A stretch of DNA of 63,992 bases, the filler included, from Thraustochytrium aureum (taxonomy: Eukaryota), in NCBI GenBank assembly GCA_012862495.1. It is 5 parts of 4 records of this genome, joined end to end, with 100 filler letters (N's around TTAATTAATTAA, not from the genome) between each part and the next. Parts side by side here need not be neighbours in the genome. Positions count along the whole stretch, not along the records: positions 1 to 26,601 come from BLSG01000121.1; 4 more parts are not named here. One strand, 5' to 3'. This document shows positions 1 through 10,486 of the stretch, one piece after another (position 1 is the stretch's first letter; each line of letters opens with the position of its first letter). A program made the translations under genes and the position numbers. Under the pieces are notes generated by a model that saw only the letters and a list, made by a program, of their open reading frames with translations, was not told the DNA's origin and ran no database searches.

Positions 1-183
1 GTAGGAGTGCGTTGGAAGAGTGCGTTGTGCCAAGTCGCAGACGAAGCCCACCCACCTCTTCCCTTCGCCACGCGCGTCGCACACCGCCAGAACACGCTCT
101 GAACGCCGGCCAGACCGCGCGTGTGAGCGTGCGTCGTCCTTGGTTCGCTCGCCCTGGCTCTGAGGCGGCTGCAGGTCGCGCGC

Positions 184-1270
184 ATGGACTCCGGAGACCT
201 CGCAACAGTTGACCTCGCGAGTCCGTCGGAGGCCGAGGAGCGAGGCGAGCTTCCCGACAGGCCCGAGACGGAGACGGCCGCCGACCAGGCAAGAGCAGGA
301 TCGCACGACGCTGTCCCGACAAAGGCCCGCCAGCAGGGACGGCTTGCGTGCAACCAGTGCCGCCGCCCTCCAGCGCGGCTCGGACGCCGTCGCAGACTCA
401 CCGATGCAGACTCCAGCGCGAGCAGCGGGTGCCGAGCACCCAAACCATGCCGATTCGCAGGAAGACAAGGATGTGATCCTCGATTTCAACGAGGTGCCGC
501 GTGGCCGGCTCGGAGACACGGTCATGGAGCAGGCCACCATTGACTTTGAGCTGACCGGGTCGCCGCCCCCGCCGACGGCGCGGTTCATCCGCTGCGCAAA
601 AGGCGACATAAAGGAAGGCGCCCGGCGCTGGCAAGATACGCTGCAGTGGAGGGTAGAGAACCAGATCAACGCGCTCTGCCGGTCGCCGCAGCCTCACTTT
701 TCCGTGATCAAGCAGCGGTACCCGACATTTATGCATCTAAAAAGCAAGGAAGGCTACAACGTGTACTACGAAAAGGTGGGCCGCATCGACCTGCGCGGGC
801 TGACAAAGTCTGGCATCACCTTGGAGGACCTCATGCGCCACTACCTGTTCGTGACCGAGTTTCTTTACACCTACATTAGCCCGGACGAGGACTCGAGGAC
901 GATCACAGTCATCGACTGTGCCCACCTCGCCGTGCGCCGTGTCCCGGGCGAAGTCCTCAAGTTCATCAAGACCGCCAACCACCTGCTTGGCCAGCACTGG
1001 CCCGAGAAGGCGGCGCATGTCTTTATCGTCAACGTGCCAATATGGTTCAAGGTGATCTGGAGCATGGTGCACCCGTTCATTGACCCTGTCACGCTGAAGA
1101 AGATCCACGTGCTCCGCACCAAGAGCGCCAGCTCGAAGGCGCTGCTCGAGCACATCGATTCTGCCAACCTGCCAGTCGAGTACGGTGGGACCTGTCCGAT
1201 TGAGCTCGGCAAGTCGCCCGAGGAAAAGCTCTTGCAAACCCTCGTGGCCCGCCTCAACGAGCGGTCCTAA
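184..1270 (+). CDS. Sec14/CRAL-TRIO lipid-binding domain protein
   Basis: ORF 209..1270 has RFIRCAKGDIKEG..RW..TLQWR, GYNVYYEKVG, QHWPEKAAHVFIVNVP.WF..IW..V.PFIDP.T.KKI and LPVEYGG. The likely true ATG is at 184, joined by a frameshift near 321-323 (AAA). Confidence 0.9.
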
Positions 1271-1815
1271 CGCGGCCACAGCCGGTGCTCGCGGGGCCGC
1301 GAGGAGNNNNNNNNNNNNNNNNNNNNNNNNNNNNNNNNNNNNNNNNNNNNNNNNNNNNNNNNNNNNNNNNNNNNNNNNNNNNNNNNNNNNNNNNNNNNNN
1401 NNNNNNNNNNNNNNNNNNNNNNNNNNNNNNNNNNNNNNNNNNNNNNNNNNNNNNNNNNNNNNNNNNNNNNNNNNNNNNNNNNNNNNNNNNNNNNNNNNNN
1501 NNNNNNNNNNNNNNNNNTTGGCGTCATGTTCGAGTGAAAAAAAAAGAATGAAAAAAGCATGGCCGCGACGGTGATGGGCAGTTCGGAATCGCGCGCATGC
1601 GGCGCGGCGCGACCCATGATGAAAATAAAATGTTTGCCTCCAGCGGTCTGTACGACGAGAATCACAGGGGCGAAGTGGTGCAAGGGGTCGCTGTTTACAA
1701 AAAAAAGCAATCCTTCCATCTTGCTACTACGCGCTGCTGCTGGTGCTTGCTGCTGGTGCTCAATTCTGTTGCGCCATTGCCGCGGCCCCGAGCATGGCGT
1801 GCCAGGCAAACCTGC

Positions 1816-2997
1816 TCAAGCCGCTGGCGGCGCGTTGGGCTTTGGCGGCGCGTTGGGCGTTGGCGGCGCGTTGGGCGTCACGGCATCCAGATTGCGATAC
1901 TCGACAAAGTTGTCCAAGAGCGAGACAAGTATCATGCTCGTGTTGTCCTGGAAGCGCGTTTTGCCCTTGCGAATCCCATAGTAGACGCAACGCTCGGCGG
2001 CAAGCTCGGTGACGCAGTCCATCTTGGACTGGCCAGGCCGAGGTTCTTCGCGCTGCTCTTTCACCGCGAAATAGGCATCCTCGAACCCGCGAGACATGAC
2101 CTTTGCGAGTTGCTCTGGGCCCGTGCGCAAGTTGTCGGAGAGGCCGTCAGTGCAGAGCACGAGGAACTGGGCGTCTTGCCCGAGCTCCACAGACGCAACG
2201 TCAGGCTCTGCGATGATGATGCCCTGGCGCCCACCAAGCGAGGGGACCTTGACCCGGGCATCGCCGATGGACCTCGAGATATTGAGTCCGCTTGGGTACA
2301 CGCGCAGCGGCCCCTGCCGCCGGAGCGAAGGAAGACAGAACAGGCCCTTGACAGCGATCTCGGCGGACCGAATCTCGCCACCTGCTTGCTCGATACGGGC
2401 CCGCTCGAGCTCGGCGGTCGGCCGGTGCACTGTGTTTGTTAGTGGGACGGTGGTCCCGTCGCGCAGCTGCACCCAGCTCGGGCTGTCCCCGGTCCAAGCA
2501 CAGTGAGCCGAGTTGCCTTCGACGACGCAGAGTGTCAGCGTTGTCCCTGAGCGCGCGTACGAGCTTGCGCCGCTGCGGCCGCTCACTTTGCGCAACCAGC
2601 GGCGCTCGAGGTTCACAATCGTTCGGGCGAGGGCGTCGGGCCAGTCCCCGGGAGCCTTCATAAACTCGAGCGCCAGCTGCAAGAGGAGGCGGCTCTTGAC
2701 GAACCGCATGCACATGTCATTCGAGTGCCCGTCCATGATGGCGAAAACGGAGCGCGGCGTGTCGAGGTCTAGCTTGCGGAGCGGGAACAAGTTGGACGTG
2801 CAGACCTCTCCGAGGAACTTGCTAAAGTCGCGGTCTACGACGACGCCGTCTTCCTGCGTTGGCTTCGAGCCCTTGTGCAAAAAGAACCCCGATGCCAGGT
2901 GGGCGTCAGAGAGCATGTTGAGCCGCCGTCGCTCTGCCCGCTCGCGCTCTTCCTGCGTCTCGGTACATGGCGCGTTCTCATCGACTGGTGCTAGCAT
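1816..2997 (-). CDS. PP2C/PPM protein phosphatase
   Basis: Motifs QED, FAIMDGH, SGTT, AWTGDS, LNISRSIGD, LCTDGL and DNTS; C-terminal PTPNAP repeats. ATG chosen at 2997 (MLAPVDEN). Confidence 0.92.
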   Translation of the reverse strand: MLAPVDENAPCTETQEERERAERRRLNMLSDAHLASGFFLHKGSKPTQEDGVVVDRDFSKFLGEVCTSNLFPLRKLDLDTPRSVFAIMDGHSNDMCMRFVKSRLLLQLALEFMKAPGDWPDALARTIVNLERRWLRKVSGRSGASSYARSGTTLTLCVVEGNSAHCAWTGDSPSWVQLRDGTTVPLTNTVHRPTAELERARIEQAGGEIRSAEIAVKGLFCLPSLRRQGPLRVYPSGLNISRSIGDARVKVPSLGGRQGIIIAEPDVASVELGQDAQFLVLCTDGLSDNLRTGPEQLAKVMSRGFEDAYFAVKEQREEPRPGQSKMDCVTELAAERCVYYGIRKGKTRFQDNTSMILVSLLDNFVEYRNLDAVTPNAPPTPNAPPKPNAPPAA

Positions 2998-4399
2998 CGC
3001 TTCAGCGTTGCAATCCACCTTCCGAGCGATGCTGCGCCTGGGGTGCGTCGCAGGGTAGGGTGCGTTGTGATTGCTTCTTCCTGCAGCGCGCGAGCGTGAT
3101 GGTTGCTTTTGGTATTGCAGCCGACCAGGTCGGCGAAGTGGACGGGATAGTTTGGCTCTATCGAGCGGCTGGCCAGCCCCAGATGCCAAATAGGCCTTGT
3201 TGCAACGCTTGTTTTGGTCAATCGACGACGCTCGGCGATCCTCGCTCGCGCTCCGCCTGGGGTGTTGCCAACAGTTGCCCCAAACCAAAGCCCGCCGATA
3301 CCGCCACTCTTCTGGTTACGTGTTGTGGCATTGTCGAACACGTGCGGTTGCCGGGGCGTTGGCTCTGTCCCGGGTCGTCGAGCGATAAAGTATTCGAGCG
3401 GGATATTCCTCTCACCGACGGGCGTGGTGGGACCGGCGATGGCCAGCTTGGGCGCCTCGTCGCGAAGAGGGATGGAAAATCATGGATGGCGAGCGGCACG
3501 TTTCATCCGTTTTCAGTGCTGTCTCAGGAGTTTGTTTTTTTCAACTTTCGCCCACCTCCCCCAAGACCGACGAGCGTGCGGGCGTGGAGGATTGGCTTTG
3601 GCGCGCAGGTAGAAGCCGCGACGTCGACATTGGGGCTTTCGGCGTTGCGTGCTCCGAGAGGGATTTCAGTTTAAAATCGCGTTTTGGAAGTTGCTTGTAT
3701 GCAAGCAGGGAAAGCCGCGGCCAGTCCGGCACGCATACGATGTGCTCTGCCTGTTTGGCGTGCTGCTGAGAGCGACGCGTTTCCTTGAAGCGGAGCGGCG
3801 CTAGCCCTGGACACGGTCATTGCTCTCGATCGGCATGGTGGACCAACGCCGACTACCCTGGCAAGTGCGCGGAACTGACCGCCTCGACAAGTCGGACGAA
3901 ATCTCCGCCGTGTCCTCGTCTTGCCGCTGCGCCTCGCTTCTTGGTCATTGGCTGGAGGAAGTGCGGAAGGGGGCGGGTTGCTGTCTGATGAGAGATTTGC
4001 AAGCGGCGCAGCAACACAGCAGCAAGTCGGCTGCCGCCCGTGCCACCACTCCGAAGTTCTCGAAGCTACTAACTCAACCTGGACGCCGCGCGGGAAAACG
4101 CGCACCGCACCAGAGCAAGACCTGCTCGCCGCCGCTGTGGTGCTGTGGGCTCGTTCAAAAGTTTAAAATTTAAAAAAAGAGTCATTTGGTCAGGTGAACA
4201 ACTCGGACGGCAAGCAATGGCCTGCATGCAACCGCAGTCTGCAGGGGACGACCGACACGCCAAGCCGGATCCCAAAGCCGGGGAGGCACGGCGGGCCGGG
4301 CCAGGCAACAGCGCACTGGCGGTCCACACAAACGAGTGCAGGATCCGAAGAAATACATAAGTAAACCGCTCCGCCAAACCGCGCGGGAACGCTGCAGGG

Positions 4400-5353
4400 T
4401 CAGCTGACCGCACAGCAAGAGGCCGCTGGCGTGGGCTGGCCAGGCGTTTCCTCGATCACTTCTCCGGGATAGTGCAGCTTGTCCGTGTAAGTAGTCTGGG
4501 CCGCGTAGTGTCGTTCTATTTCGTTAGTACCGGCGCGAAAGCAAGGGCGCAGGCCGCAACAGGCAAGGCTGCGGCGAGACAAACAATCAAAGCACAACGG
4601 AAAACGTACCTCTGCAAGCACGCCGCCTGCCTGGTCTGCGAACTGGATTCTGCGCGTCTCCTTGGGCACGTCGGGCGGGGTTTCCATGGGCAAAAAGTTG
4701 GGTTCCGCCAGTTCGCGGCGATTGCGCTGGTTGAGCTTTCTCAACTTTTTAATGCGCTTCTCCATCTGCGCCGGCTGCCCCGCCGCCTCCGTGTGGCTCG
4801 AGTCCCTCTTAACCAAACCCTTTTGCGACGAGGAGGGCGAGCATGAGGCGTCCTGGTCAGCTAGTTCGCCGTCATGTGCCCCAGGCTCCGGGGGTGCCGG
4901 CGGGGCCGCCGCGACGCCTTGGACTTTGCGCAAGTGAATGCTGTCCCGGATTCCCACGTTGCCGAGGTCGACAACCCCGGGATCCGCCGATTCGTATCCG
5001 AGCCCACCGTTGGCGGCGAGCGTTTCTGGCAGTTGACGCGCGTCGTGCGGCAGCGGCACTACGTTGCTGCTGGCGTCGAACGCGTCGTCGCTGTTGTTTG
5101 CGAGCAAAGCGTCGACCTGGCGCAGCGCGGCCGAGTTGGCACTGCCAAACCCCCTGCCCGCTGCGTCTGGGATAGCCTCTAGACCGTACACGGCTGCGCT
5201 TTTGTCTTGGCCATTTCGGCCCGACGCGAACCCCGTCCCGCAGTGCTTGCTCGCTTGCTCGTTTGCGTCCAAGCCACCTGCTTCGTCTCGGCCCTTGGAC
5301 TCGACCGAGCTTGGCTCGCCGTTCACGCTTGCCGCTCCACTATCCGCAAGCAT
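4400..5353 (-). CDS. Uncharacterised protein with RVxF-like motif and C-terminal CaaX; probable intron 4496-4609
   Basis: 317-aa ORF containing RRIQFAD and ending SCCAVS*. GAG|GTACGT...CCCAG|ACT flanks a 114-nt in-frame segment that looks non-coding. Confidence 0.6.
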   Translation of the reverse strand: MLADSGAASVNGEPSSVESKGRDEAGGLDANEQASKHCGTGFASGRNGQDKSAAVYGLEAIPDAAGRGFGSANSAALRQVDALLANNSDDAFDASSNVVPLPHDARQLPETLAANGGLGYESADPGVVDLGNVGIRDSIHLRKVQGVAAAPPAPPEPGAHDGELADQDASCSPSSSQKGLVKRDSSHTEAAGQPAQMEKRIKKLRKLNQRNRRELAEPNFLPMETPPDVPKETRRIQFADQAGGVLAEVRFPLCFDCLSRRSLACCGLRPCFRAGTNEIERHYAAQTTYTDKLHYPGEVIEETPGQPTPAASCCAVS

Positions 5354-5917
5354 CCTTCGTCTTTCGCGCGCCGCGCCGGGCCGCGGCCTCGCGGCCGCGC
5401 TCGTTCACGGCCGCCAGTCCACGTTACCTCGTGCCCTGGCCCTCGACCCCGTTCGACCAAACCCGCCACGCCTCTCNNNNNNNNNNNNNNNNNNNNNNNN
5501 NNNNNNNNNNNNNNNNNNNNNNNNNNNNNNNNNNNNNNNNNNNNNNNNNNNNNNNNNNNNNNNNNNNNNNNNNNNNNNNNNNNNNNNNNNNNNNNNNNNN
5601 NNNNNNNNNNNNNNNNNNNNNNNNNNNNNNNNNNNNNNNNNNNNNNNNNNNNNNNNNNNNNNNNNNNNNNNNNNNNNNNNNNNNNNNNNNNNNNNNNNNN
5701 NNNNNNNNNNNNNNNNNNNNNNNNNNNNNNNNNNNNNNNNNNNNNNNNNNNNNNNNNNNNNNNNNNNNNNNNNNNNNNNNNNNNNNNNNNNNNNNNNNNN
5801 NNNNNNNNNNNNNNNNNNNNNNNNNNNNNNNNNNNNNNNNNNNNNNNNNNNNNNNNNNNNNNNNNNNNNNNNNNNNNNNNNNNNNNNNNNNNNNNNNNCG
5901 GCTGTGCATTTTCGCTG

Positions 5918-5972
5918 CTCTGCTACTTGTGCTGCTCTGCTACTTGTGCTGCTTCGCAATACTTGTGCTGCT
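5918..5972. repeat. Short tandem repeat, ~17 bp x3 (CTCTGCTACTTGTGCTG)
   Basis: Directly visible upstream of GAS8. Confidence 0.7.
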
Positions 5973-6207
5973 TTACAACTCGACAAGGGGAAATGCCGGT
6001 CGGTGCACACCGCGTTGTGCTGAACGCGGCGATGTGTCCGTTAGGCGGCGCGGAGCGAGCGAGGGAGAGGCAGACGCGCTTCGGCAGCGGCAGTGCGGCG
6101 GCGGCCTCGGTCGGCGGGTTGCTTGGCTTGTTGCGGGGGGCGTTGGGGCCGCTGCGGTCGGGCGGCTGAGCCAGCAGCCGTCGGCGCACGCGAACGAGGC
6201 GGCGAGA

Positions 6208-7623
6208 ATGGGGAAGAAAGCCAAAAAGGGCAAGAAGGGCAAGGCCGATGTGGCGCCGCCAGAGGAGCCCTCCGAGTTTGACACCATGACCGAGGAGGAG
6301 CTCGCAAGCGCGATCGAAGAGCTAGACAAGCAGGTCGACAAGGCCAAGGCGGACCGGAACTACGTCCAGGTGGAGCGCGACACGATCCAGACCTTTTATG
6401 ACATCACCAAGAAGGAGGTGAGGCAGTGCGAGCTGGACATCATGACGCGCGACAAGGAGATGGAGCAACTCGAGGAAAACCATCGCGTCGAAGTCCGCGT
6501 CTATGCGCAGAAAGTCAAGCACCTCGAGTACGAGCACAAAAACAACATGAAGCGGAGCAGCGCCGAGGGCGACACCCAAGAGCTGGAAGAAAAACAGGCC
6601 CACGAAGGCCGCGTTGGCGCGCACAAGGACGGGAAAAAGTCGCTCAAGCTCGAAGTGCTCGAAGTGCAGCTGAGCAACGAAGACAAGGTCAAGCAGATGA
6701 AGGACACGCACAAGAAGAACCTGAGCAAGCTCGAAGAGACCTTTGACGAAAACCTCGAGGCGCTGCGGAAAAAGTACGAAGACAACCTGGACGACCTGCG
6801 CGCCGACCTGGAGCTCCGTCGCAAGGTGGAGATTCACGAGATCGAGGAGCGCAAGAACATGCACATCAACGACCTGATGCGCAACCACAGCAAAGCGTTC
6901 GGGCAAATCAAGACCTACTACAACGATATCACCCACGACAACCTCAAGTTGATCAAGTCGCTCAAGGACGAGGTTTCGGAGATGAAAAAGAAGGCAACGG
7001 CCAACCAAAAGCTCATGTACGAGATCGCCCAGGAGAACAAGCGCTTGAGCGAGCCCCTCGCGGTGGCAGTCAAGGAGGTCGAAGAGCTCCGCCACCAGCT
7101 CAAAGACTTTGAGAAGGACAAGACGAGCCTCAAGTATGCCACTGCGCGGCTCAAGGTCCTGCGCGGAGACCTGGCAAAGCTCCGCGCCGAGCACCGCGCG
7201 CTCGAGCAGCGGTTCAAGTCGACCGAGTTTGAGCGCAACCAGATCTACGACACGTTCGAGGACACCATTGGCGACGTGCAGCGCAAGGCGGAATTCAAGA
7301 ACGTCGTTCTCGAGCAGCGCTTGGGCCAGATGCACGACTCGCACGAAGACAAGATGCACCAAATCCGTGGCCTGTGCAGCGAAGTGGACCCAGTCATGCT
7401 GCAAAAGGTCACGCAGGAGCTCGACGCGGTGATCGACCAGCGCAACGAGATGCTCCGAGAGATGGAGTACCACCTCGCGTATGTGCACAAGACGCACAAC
7501 GACACGGTGCGCACGCTCTCGGACAAGCTGCAGCAGTTTGGCATCCCGGAAGAAGACGCCGTTCTCGCCAAGCTGGTGCAGAGCCGCACAAGCTCAATGC
7601 CGGCGGGGCTCGTCACCAAGTAG
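6208..7623 (+). CDS. GAS8: Growth arrest-specific 8 / dynein regulatory complex subunit DRC4
   Basis: MGKKAKKGKK start, RNYVQVERD, ELRRKVEIHEIEERKN.HIN.LM..H..AF..IK.YYNDIT.DNL.LIKSLK, ENKRLSEPL; 471-aa coiled coil. Confidence 0.95.
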   Translation: MGKKAKKGKKGKADVAPPEEPSEFDTMTEEELASAIEELDKQVDKAKADRNYVQVERDTIQTFYDITKKEVRQCELDIMTRDKEMEQLEENHRVEVRVYAQKVKHLEYEHKNNMKRSSAEGDTQELEEKQAHEGRVGAHKDGKKSLKLEVLEVQLSNEDKVKQMKDTHKKNLSKLEETFDENLEALRKKYEDNLDDLRADLELRRKVEIHEIEERKNMHINDLMRNHSKAFGQIKTYYNDITHDNLKLIKSLKDEVSEMKKKATANQKLMYEIAQENKRLSEPLAVAVKEVEELRHQLKDFEKDKTSLKYATARLKVLRGDLAKLRAEHRALEQRFKSTEFERNQIYDTFEDTIGDVQRKAEFKNVVLEQRLGQMHDSHEDKMHQIRGLCSEVDPVMLQKVTQELDAVIDQRNEMLREMEYHLAYVHKTHNDTVRTLSDKLQQFGIPEEDAVLAKLVQSRTSSMPAGLVTK

Positions 7624-8191
7624 CTCTGCAAGGGTGCGCGCTTGGCGGCCGGTCTTGGATTCGTTGTTAGTACTGATGTTACATCTGATCTTGTTAATTC
7701 TGCGGCGTCCGCTCTGCGTTTTCCATTCCGCGCGCCCGGGCTCCTGCGAAGGGTGACGAGTCGGTGGCCCCGCTCCTCCTTGCTTCCTCCATCTCTCCTC
7801 CTTGCTCCCTNNNNNNNNNNNNNNNNNNNNNNNNNNNNNNNNNNNNNNNNNNNNNNNNNNNNNNNNNNNNNNNNNNNNNNNNNNNNNNNNNNNNNNNNNN
7901 NNNNNNNNNNNNNNNNNNNNNNNNNNNNNNNNNNNNNNNNNNNNNNNNNNNNNNNNNNNNNNNNNNNNNNNNNNNNNNNNNNNNNNNNNNNNNNNNNNNN
8001 NNNNNNNNNNNNNNNNNNNNNNNNNNNNNNNNNNNNNNNNNNNNNNNNNNNNNCTCGCTCGCAACTCGAGAAGCCAAAACGCAATTGCGAGCCTTGCGCC
8101 GCCACCGCGGTCGCTGGGTGCCTAGGCCTGCCGTTTCTGCGGGATCGCCCGATCAGGAGCGCGCGGACCCTCCCATCACTTCACCTCGCAG

Positions 8192-8701
8192 CTACACCCC
8201 CACACCGGCAGTGTCCTTGCAGCAAGAAATGACCATGTTCCGCGCAAAGGGGATGAACGACAACGTGTACCAGGTGGCCGCCAGAAACTGGATCAGGGTA
8301 AGAATCAGGCACGGAACCGCTGGATGGGGAGCCGCAAAGGCAACTACGAGCACTGCAACCAGCGAGAACAGGTAGACAATGGTGGCGGCAAGCCGCTCCG
8401 ATTTCCACATCAAGGCGCACTGGCGCCTAGGGCCGACAAGGAACACGCTCGAGAAGAGCGCCACCACATTCCCCAGGGTGTAGAATATGGCAAAGGGCAC
8501 GATGGCGCCCGTCCACAGAAACATCGACGACAGCACCGAGATGAGCAGCCCGCTCACAAAGCAGATGCCAACGCCCCACAGCCTTGTCTTGTACCCCATG
8601 TCCGGAAAGCAGCTCTGGTTTCGCTCGGCCTCGGTCTGCATGCCCATGGCCGACCGCACCGACGAGCTCGCCTCCTGCATGCTCATGCTCGAAGGCAGCA
8701 T
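8192..8701 (-). CDS. SFT2: SFT2/Got1-family vesicle transport protein
   Basis: RLWG.GICF..G, FAIFYTLGN...L.SS.FL.GP.RQ..M...RL.AT..Y, QF.A..WY.LSFIPFAR. A poly-T+CAG tract just upstream suggests a 5' intron acceptor. Confidence 0.9.
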   Translation of the reverse strand: MLPSSMSMQEASSSVRSAMGMQTEAERNQSCFPDMGYKTRLWGVGICFVSGLLISVLSSMFLWTGAIVPFAIFYTLGNVVALFSSVFLVGPRRQCALMWKSERLAATIVYLFSLVAVLVVAFAAPHPAVPCLILTLIQFLAATWYTLSFIPFARNMVISCCKDTAGVGV

Positions 8702-9159
8702 CCTTCCTGCAGAAAAAAAAAAAAACAACTTGAACTCAACCGGCGCTCGTGGCTACGCTTTTCCTGCTGCCGCCCTCCGGCCCCGAACGCCGCTGGTGGT
8801 CGGGCTTGGTCGAGCTGCTGTCGGTCGTCGCTGCACTGCTCGCGCCCGCCGGAGCTGTTTCAGAGTCTGGCTGCCTGCCCGTGACGGCGAGCAAAGCCCT
8901 GCGCTGATCACTGAGGTGGAGGTTCAGCAGGGCGCTCGGCTGACTATTGACTCTCAATATGATAACCTTGGAGTCTAATCTGTATCTTGACGTCGAGTCT
9001 TGAGTGAGCGCTCACGGGTTGATGTGGATACTCGAGATCGGACTCGCAGACGCAAGGCCACTTGGCAAGACGACTCTACTTTTGCACTGGCATTCGCGTT
9101 TCGAGTGCGCAGGGCGGGCTCGCGAGGCACGGAAGGGTCTCTCTCTGGCCAGAAAAGGT

Positions 9160-10020
9160 ATGGCGCTTCCGAGCGGCGTGTGGGCGTCGGTGGCGGTCCA
9201 CGTTGCCGTCACGGTCGCGCAGATTGGGGTGTTCGTACTGGCGCCCGAGGTGTACGCGCAAGCGTCGCCAGACTTTGACAAGGCGCCGACGTTTGCGTTC
9301 TTTAGGCTGATTGGCCTCGCCGAGGTAGGGCTCACGGCGGTGTATCTGAGTGCGCTGTGGTATTCTGACCCGGTTCTGCTGTGGATGACGGTGCCGGGTC
9401 GGCTGAGCACCATACCCTTCTCCCTCGCCGTTGTCGTGCTGGCTGGGGGCCCGCCCTCGATCGTGCTCGGAGTCGTCCAGGACGTCTCGCTGGGCCTCTG
9501 GACACTGTGGGCGTTTTGCTTTGGCGAGCAACGGGACGGGGTTGCAGGGAAGTCCGCGAGGGCCAAGGATCGCGCCCTCCTTGCAGAGCCGGTGTCGCGA
9601 AGCGAGGCCGTGATCCGCTTTTTGCTGGTCGTGTCTGGGGCCTGCGATATTGCGGCGGGCTGGGGCAGTGCAGTTTATCCTGTTGCGGTTGGCTCGTGGT
9701 TTGTGGACCCCGAACTGTCCATGGAGCCGGTGCACCTTGGTGCGCGCAGCTTTGGCTTTATGACAGGGCTCATCGGGTGCTACCAAGCCTTTTCCGCGTG
9801 GCGCCGAGCCCCGCTTGCCACGTACGCCTCGTTCGGCGTGCACCAGTTGGTCATGGGGCTGTGCGCCGGCCGCCTCCACGAGCTGACCGGTGTTGCGGGG
9901 CTCGCTGGCAATATAAGGCCGAGCCCGCACGCTCTCCCAGCGGGCTCTCTCCTCCTGGCGAGCTGCCTTGCGGCTTGGGCGCGCTCGCCCCGTTCTGCGG
10001 CCCGCCGTAAGCTCGACTAG
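9160..10020 (+). CDS. Uncharacterised multi-pass membrane protein (~8 TM, two similar halves)
   Basis: Long hydrophobic ORF with gene-like codon use; no family recognised. Confidence 0.6.
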   Translation: MALPSGVWASVAVHVAVTVAQIGVFVLAPEVYAQASPDFDKAPTFAFFRLIGLAEVGLTAVYLSALWYSDPVLLWMTVPGRLSTIPFSLAVVVLAGGPPSIVLGVVQDVSLGLWTLWAFCFGEQRDGVAGKSARAKDRALLAEPVSRSEAVIRFLLVVSGACDIAAGWGSAVYPVAVGSWFVDPELSMEPVHLGARSFGFMTGLIGCYQAFSAWRRAPLATYASFGVHQLVMGLCAGRLHELTGVAGLAGNIRPSPHALPAGSLLLASCLAAWARSPRSAARRKLD

Positions 10021-10092
10021 CTGGCGTGTCGGGCATCTGCGTTCTTTTCGCGTTTGCCACGGCGCGCGCGACCCGACCGCCGCCGCAAAACG

Positions 10093-10250
10093 TTTTCTTT
10101 CTGCACAGCGTTGCAGCAAGACCACACCGCGGAAGGTCATCTTTCTCCCTACGAGCGGCGTACAAGCGCGACCTTTTACTCTCTGCGCGGCACTACAGCA
10201 AGATCACACCGCAGCAAGACTATCTTTCTCCCGACGAGCGGCGTTCAGCG
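10093..10250. repeat. Imperfect direct repeat, ~82-bp period x2
   Basis: CAGCAAGA(C/T)CACACCGC...ATCTTTCTCCC.ACGAGCGGCGT at ~10114 and ~10196. Confidence 0.8.
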
Positions 10251-10486
10251 GCTGAAAGGCGCGAGCTTGGCCAAAGTTGGTTGTGCTGGCTCGGGCAAAG
10301 TCAGGCACAGATAGCCGACACTACGAACAACGGCGGCGGCGGCGGCGGCGGCAACATCAACGTCGTTGGCAGCGCTTTGGCCTCTGTCGTCTTGATCAAG
10401 CACGAGAGCGCAGATAGGAACGGAACTCCATTTGTTTGTGTCCGATCCGCTGGCTGCGTGTGACACGTGCCAGTCGCAAAGGTTGG

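Noticed and set aside
3000..4400. 1.4-kb region between PP2C and the RVxF gene as an ncRNA or hidden gene
   Set aside because: No tRNA/snRNA hallmarks or convincing ORF; likely UTR, intron or promoter sequence.
6322..7497. Long antisense ORFs (also 28695..30179, 35361.., 49985..51490, 20751..21839)
   Set aside because: Shadow frames of high-GC3 genes on the opposite strand, with no motifs of their own.
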